Below are positions 32,364 through 35,140 of a DNA stretch of 35,140 nt, piece by piece. How positions within the stretch are numbered: the first letter of the stretch is position 1; each line of letters begins with the position of its first letter. The stretch is from Folioceros fuciformis (Eukaryota), in contig JBNGIO010006132.1 in NCBI GenBank assembly GCA_049999805.1, positions 214,858 to 249,997 of the forward strand, written 5' to 3'. The translations under genes were made by a program, and so were the position numbers. A model generated the notes under the pieces. That model had not been told where the DNA came from. It worked only from the letters and a program-made list of their open reading frames with translations, and did not search any database.

Positions 32364-32619
32364 TGAAACCTAAGGGACTTCCATTCCTAAGGAACTTCCA
32401 TTGCGCACCCCAAGAGCCAAGGATGGCAGCCAGATTGCGCTCCAACCCCATGTGCCTAGCCACTCACTGAAATCCCTTGAGTTGGGTTCCCCTCTAGCCG
32501 ATAACAGCCCATTGCCTCTTCGTGTCACCACCTTCACTCCATGCTAGCATCTTTACAATCACAAGTAGATTCCCTTGGCTTGTATGTTCTCCACTTTACG
32601 ACGCACCCTCTCACAAGGT

Positions 32620-35140
32620 TTTTGAAGAGCGAGTAAAACAATTAATGTCAAAAGATGTCTTATATACAAAATTGTATGTAACCTATGTAACTCTTCATTT
32701 AAGTATAAGTTAGATATTCTAAGCGACGTGGTTACTAGTTAACCCTAACCGGGTTATGGGGTTCAACACACCCCCTTAACTGCGACACCTTGGAATACCG
32801 AGACCACAAAAAGAGAACGAGGAAAAAATGGTCAGTGCGCTGCACCTCGCGTTATCAATCTGCAGCTTTGCAGTAGCAATCTTCTTGCTAGGGAAAACAT
32901 TGGAAGCAGGAGAAGAAGAGGCAGGCGCGCAACAAAGTGAAAGAGAGAAGCACACAAGAGAGCTGGACACACTGCGCAACTGAGCAGACATACTGCCTCG
33001 CAGAATGGGAAATTCAGCTCAACTTGTTGGTGGTGTTCAGATCACCAAAAGAGCGCGCCAGGGCTGCCTCGCCAGTACACCAGGAGACCATGCTCAGAGA
33101 GAAGCTGGCAGCTGCGGCCAAAGTTCCGTTACTAGAATAGGATGGCAGGAATGACGGTTTGATTGTCTTCAAAGCTTCGTCCGCTCATAACCTGCCAGAA
33201 AAAACAGTAGCCAGGGCTGCTAGGACTTGACCAACATGTGTGCCTACGTGCGTCAAGTGTGCAGGACTTGCTAGAGAAAAAGGATCATGTGGTCTGTGAG
33301 GGGGAACTTGACAATAGAGACGTGTAATCCACTAAGCCCATGGCTGCGAGGTGAAAGCTGTGCTTTGCAACGGGTAGGGTCTTAGTTAAGAGATCAGTTG
33401 TGTTGATGTCTATGGGGACATGTTCAATCTTAATAATCTTACGCTCTACTGAATGACGTACAAAGTGGTCATGGATTTCTATGTGCTTTGTACGTGCGTG
33501 AAAACGAGGGTTTCCTACCAAAGCTATTGTGGAAAGATTGTCATAGTAGATCGTGGTAGGTCTAGTCTGCTCAAAGGTGAGACCTGCGAGGAATGTTCTT
33601 TCCCACTCTGCTTCCTTAGCAGAGTCCGTCAGGGCTTTATATTCAGCCTTTGTAGAAGATAGGGCAACTCAAACTTGTTTCTTTGAGCTCCAATTAACCA
33701 CAGCATCAGACAGAAAGAAGCAGTAAGGTGAGATACTCCGTCTGCTCTTGGGATCTGTGGCCCAATCAGTGTCAGCGAAACCAAGAAGGGTAATATCTTG
33801 TCCATCACCTCTGAAGCATAAACCATAAGTCGATGTGCCTTTGAGATAACGTAATATCCTCTTAACTGCCATCGAGTGGTCCTTGCCAAGTCGTTCCAAG
33901 TACTGTGAGATAGCACTCACAGCATGTTGAATATCGGGCCTGGTCCAACAACTAATATAGTTCAAGCAACCAACGGCATGTCGGTAGGGTACATCTTTCA
34001 TAGCTACTTCTTCATCTTCATCATGAGGTGATTGATCAAATGTGAGTTTGACCCCTACACTACCTAGTGTGCTCACAGGTTTGCTTGGTCTAAGTTGAAA
34101 CGACGTAGAGTCTCATCAATGTACTTGGTCTGATGAAGTACTAGAATTTTGTTGGCTCTATCTCAGAGGAGCTGGACACCTAACACAAAGGTAAGTTGAC
34201 CTATGTCTCTCACATCGTACTGTTTGTGCAGCATTTGCTTGACCCAGCCTAACAGTTCTTTGCTATTTGACTCCAGGATGGCGTCATCGACATAAAGGGC
34301 AAGGACAACTAGGTGGCCTCCTTTACAGTACATGTAAACATTTGCGTCAACAGGGTTCTGAGTGAAACCGTTGGATCTGAGGTATTTGTCAATACATTTA
34401 TACCATTCCCTAGCGCTCTGCTTGAGGCCATAAAGGGTCTTCTTGAGTCTGCAGACCCAATCGGGATGCTCAGAATCGACGAAGCCCTCAGGTTGGTCCA
34501 TAAAAATGTCTTCTTCCAGCTCGCCGTAGAGAAATGCAGTAGAGACATCCATTTGTTCCAAGTCCCAATCACATGCAGCTGCTAGTGCTAAAATCATTCT
34601 AATAGACTGGGTTTTCACTACAGGACTGAAGGTCTCATGGAAATCTATACCTGCGACCTGGGAGAAACCACGTGCTACCAAACGGGATTTGTAACGAGCT
34701 ATCTTGCCTTCTGCATCTAGCTTATGTTTAAAAACCCACTTGCAGCTGACTGTTTTTCTACCTGCAGGAAGTGGACACAATTCCCAAGTTTGGTTCTTCA
34801 TCAACGAGTTGTACTCATCTTGTATTGACAGAATCCAATGATCTTTGTCTACACTACTGAGAGCTTCCTTGTATGATCTAGGCTCAGAGGGATGGCTAGT
34901 CAATGACTGCAAGAAGGAATACTCAGCTAACCTAGCCGACCTAGTAGATCTGTAGTCAACGGACTGATAAGGTGGCTCTCTCCAATGCCCTCTTGAGGGA
35001 CGAGACCTGCTAGGGTACCGGCTTTCTTGAGGAACTAAGGAAGGTTCAATCTGGACAAGTACTGAAGCCTCATGGACAGGTACTCCAGCTAGCGCGGATC
35101 ATCAAATAAATCAACATGGTCTGGTGCTTGTTGAAGAGGA
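32620..35140 (-). mobile_element. Degenerate Ty1/copia LTR retrotransposon, 3' half (RT, RNase H, PPT, short 3' LTR)
   Basis: RT motifs: EPRSYKEAL, KWVFKHK, KSRLVARGFSQ, QMDVSTAFLYG, LKKTLYGLKQS, LYVDD. RNase H motifs: GFADTDWA, WSSKKQ, ALSSTKAEY, TKHIEI. In-frame TGA stops at 34163-34165 and 33669-33671 and a frameshift near 34080. PPT TTAAGGGGGTG (32779-32769) directly precedes the LTR start TGTTGAA at 32768. The LTR end lies at about 32646 or 32620. The element continues beyond the right edge. Confidence 0.93.

Noticed and set aside
32737..32765. Telomere-like aaccctaacc sequence
   Set aside because: A single unit forming part of a small inverted repeat inside the copia LTR, not a telomeric array.

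Overview
Eukaryotic, land-plant nuclear DNA. A very compact, intron-rich gene island (about 3.6-25.7 kb, 7 genes, most introns 70-125 bp) is flanked on both sides by decayed transposons and repeats. The genes are: an EF-hand/TPR/ZZ-finger protein (-), a C-terminally short STK11IP-like LRR protein (-) head-to-head with 26S proteasome subunit RPN1 (+, 25 exons), a PLS-class E/E+ PPR editing factor with three 51-aa extended L motifs and no DYW domain (-), an SLC35C2/At1g06470-type nucleotide-sugar/TPT-family transporter (+, with a 13-nt microexon), a stand-alone cyanobacterial-type GIY-YIG protein with a probable plastid transit peptide (-), and an intronless 548-aa ORF that appears to join a FRIGIDA-like coiled coil to an unnamed C-terminal domain (-). 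Left flank: a non-LTR element remnant with a Tad1/I-type RNase H, and a 72-bp hairpin-rich minisatellite. Right flank: a 34-bp minisatellite, a decayed L1 interrupted by a solo LTR with a target-site duplication, a double hairpin, and the 3' half of a decayed Ty1/copia element. Short introns, high gene density and the extended PPR motifs suggest a seed-free plant such as a hornwort (inference only). Exon boundaries were read by eye from GT-AG sites and remembered homolog sequences; no database search was run. I found no clear multi-gene novel system. The best leads are the chimeric ORF, its C-terminal domain, the stand-alone GIY-YIG gene and the PPR.
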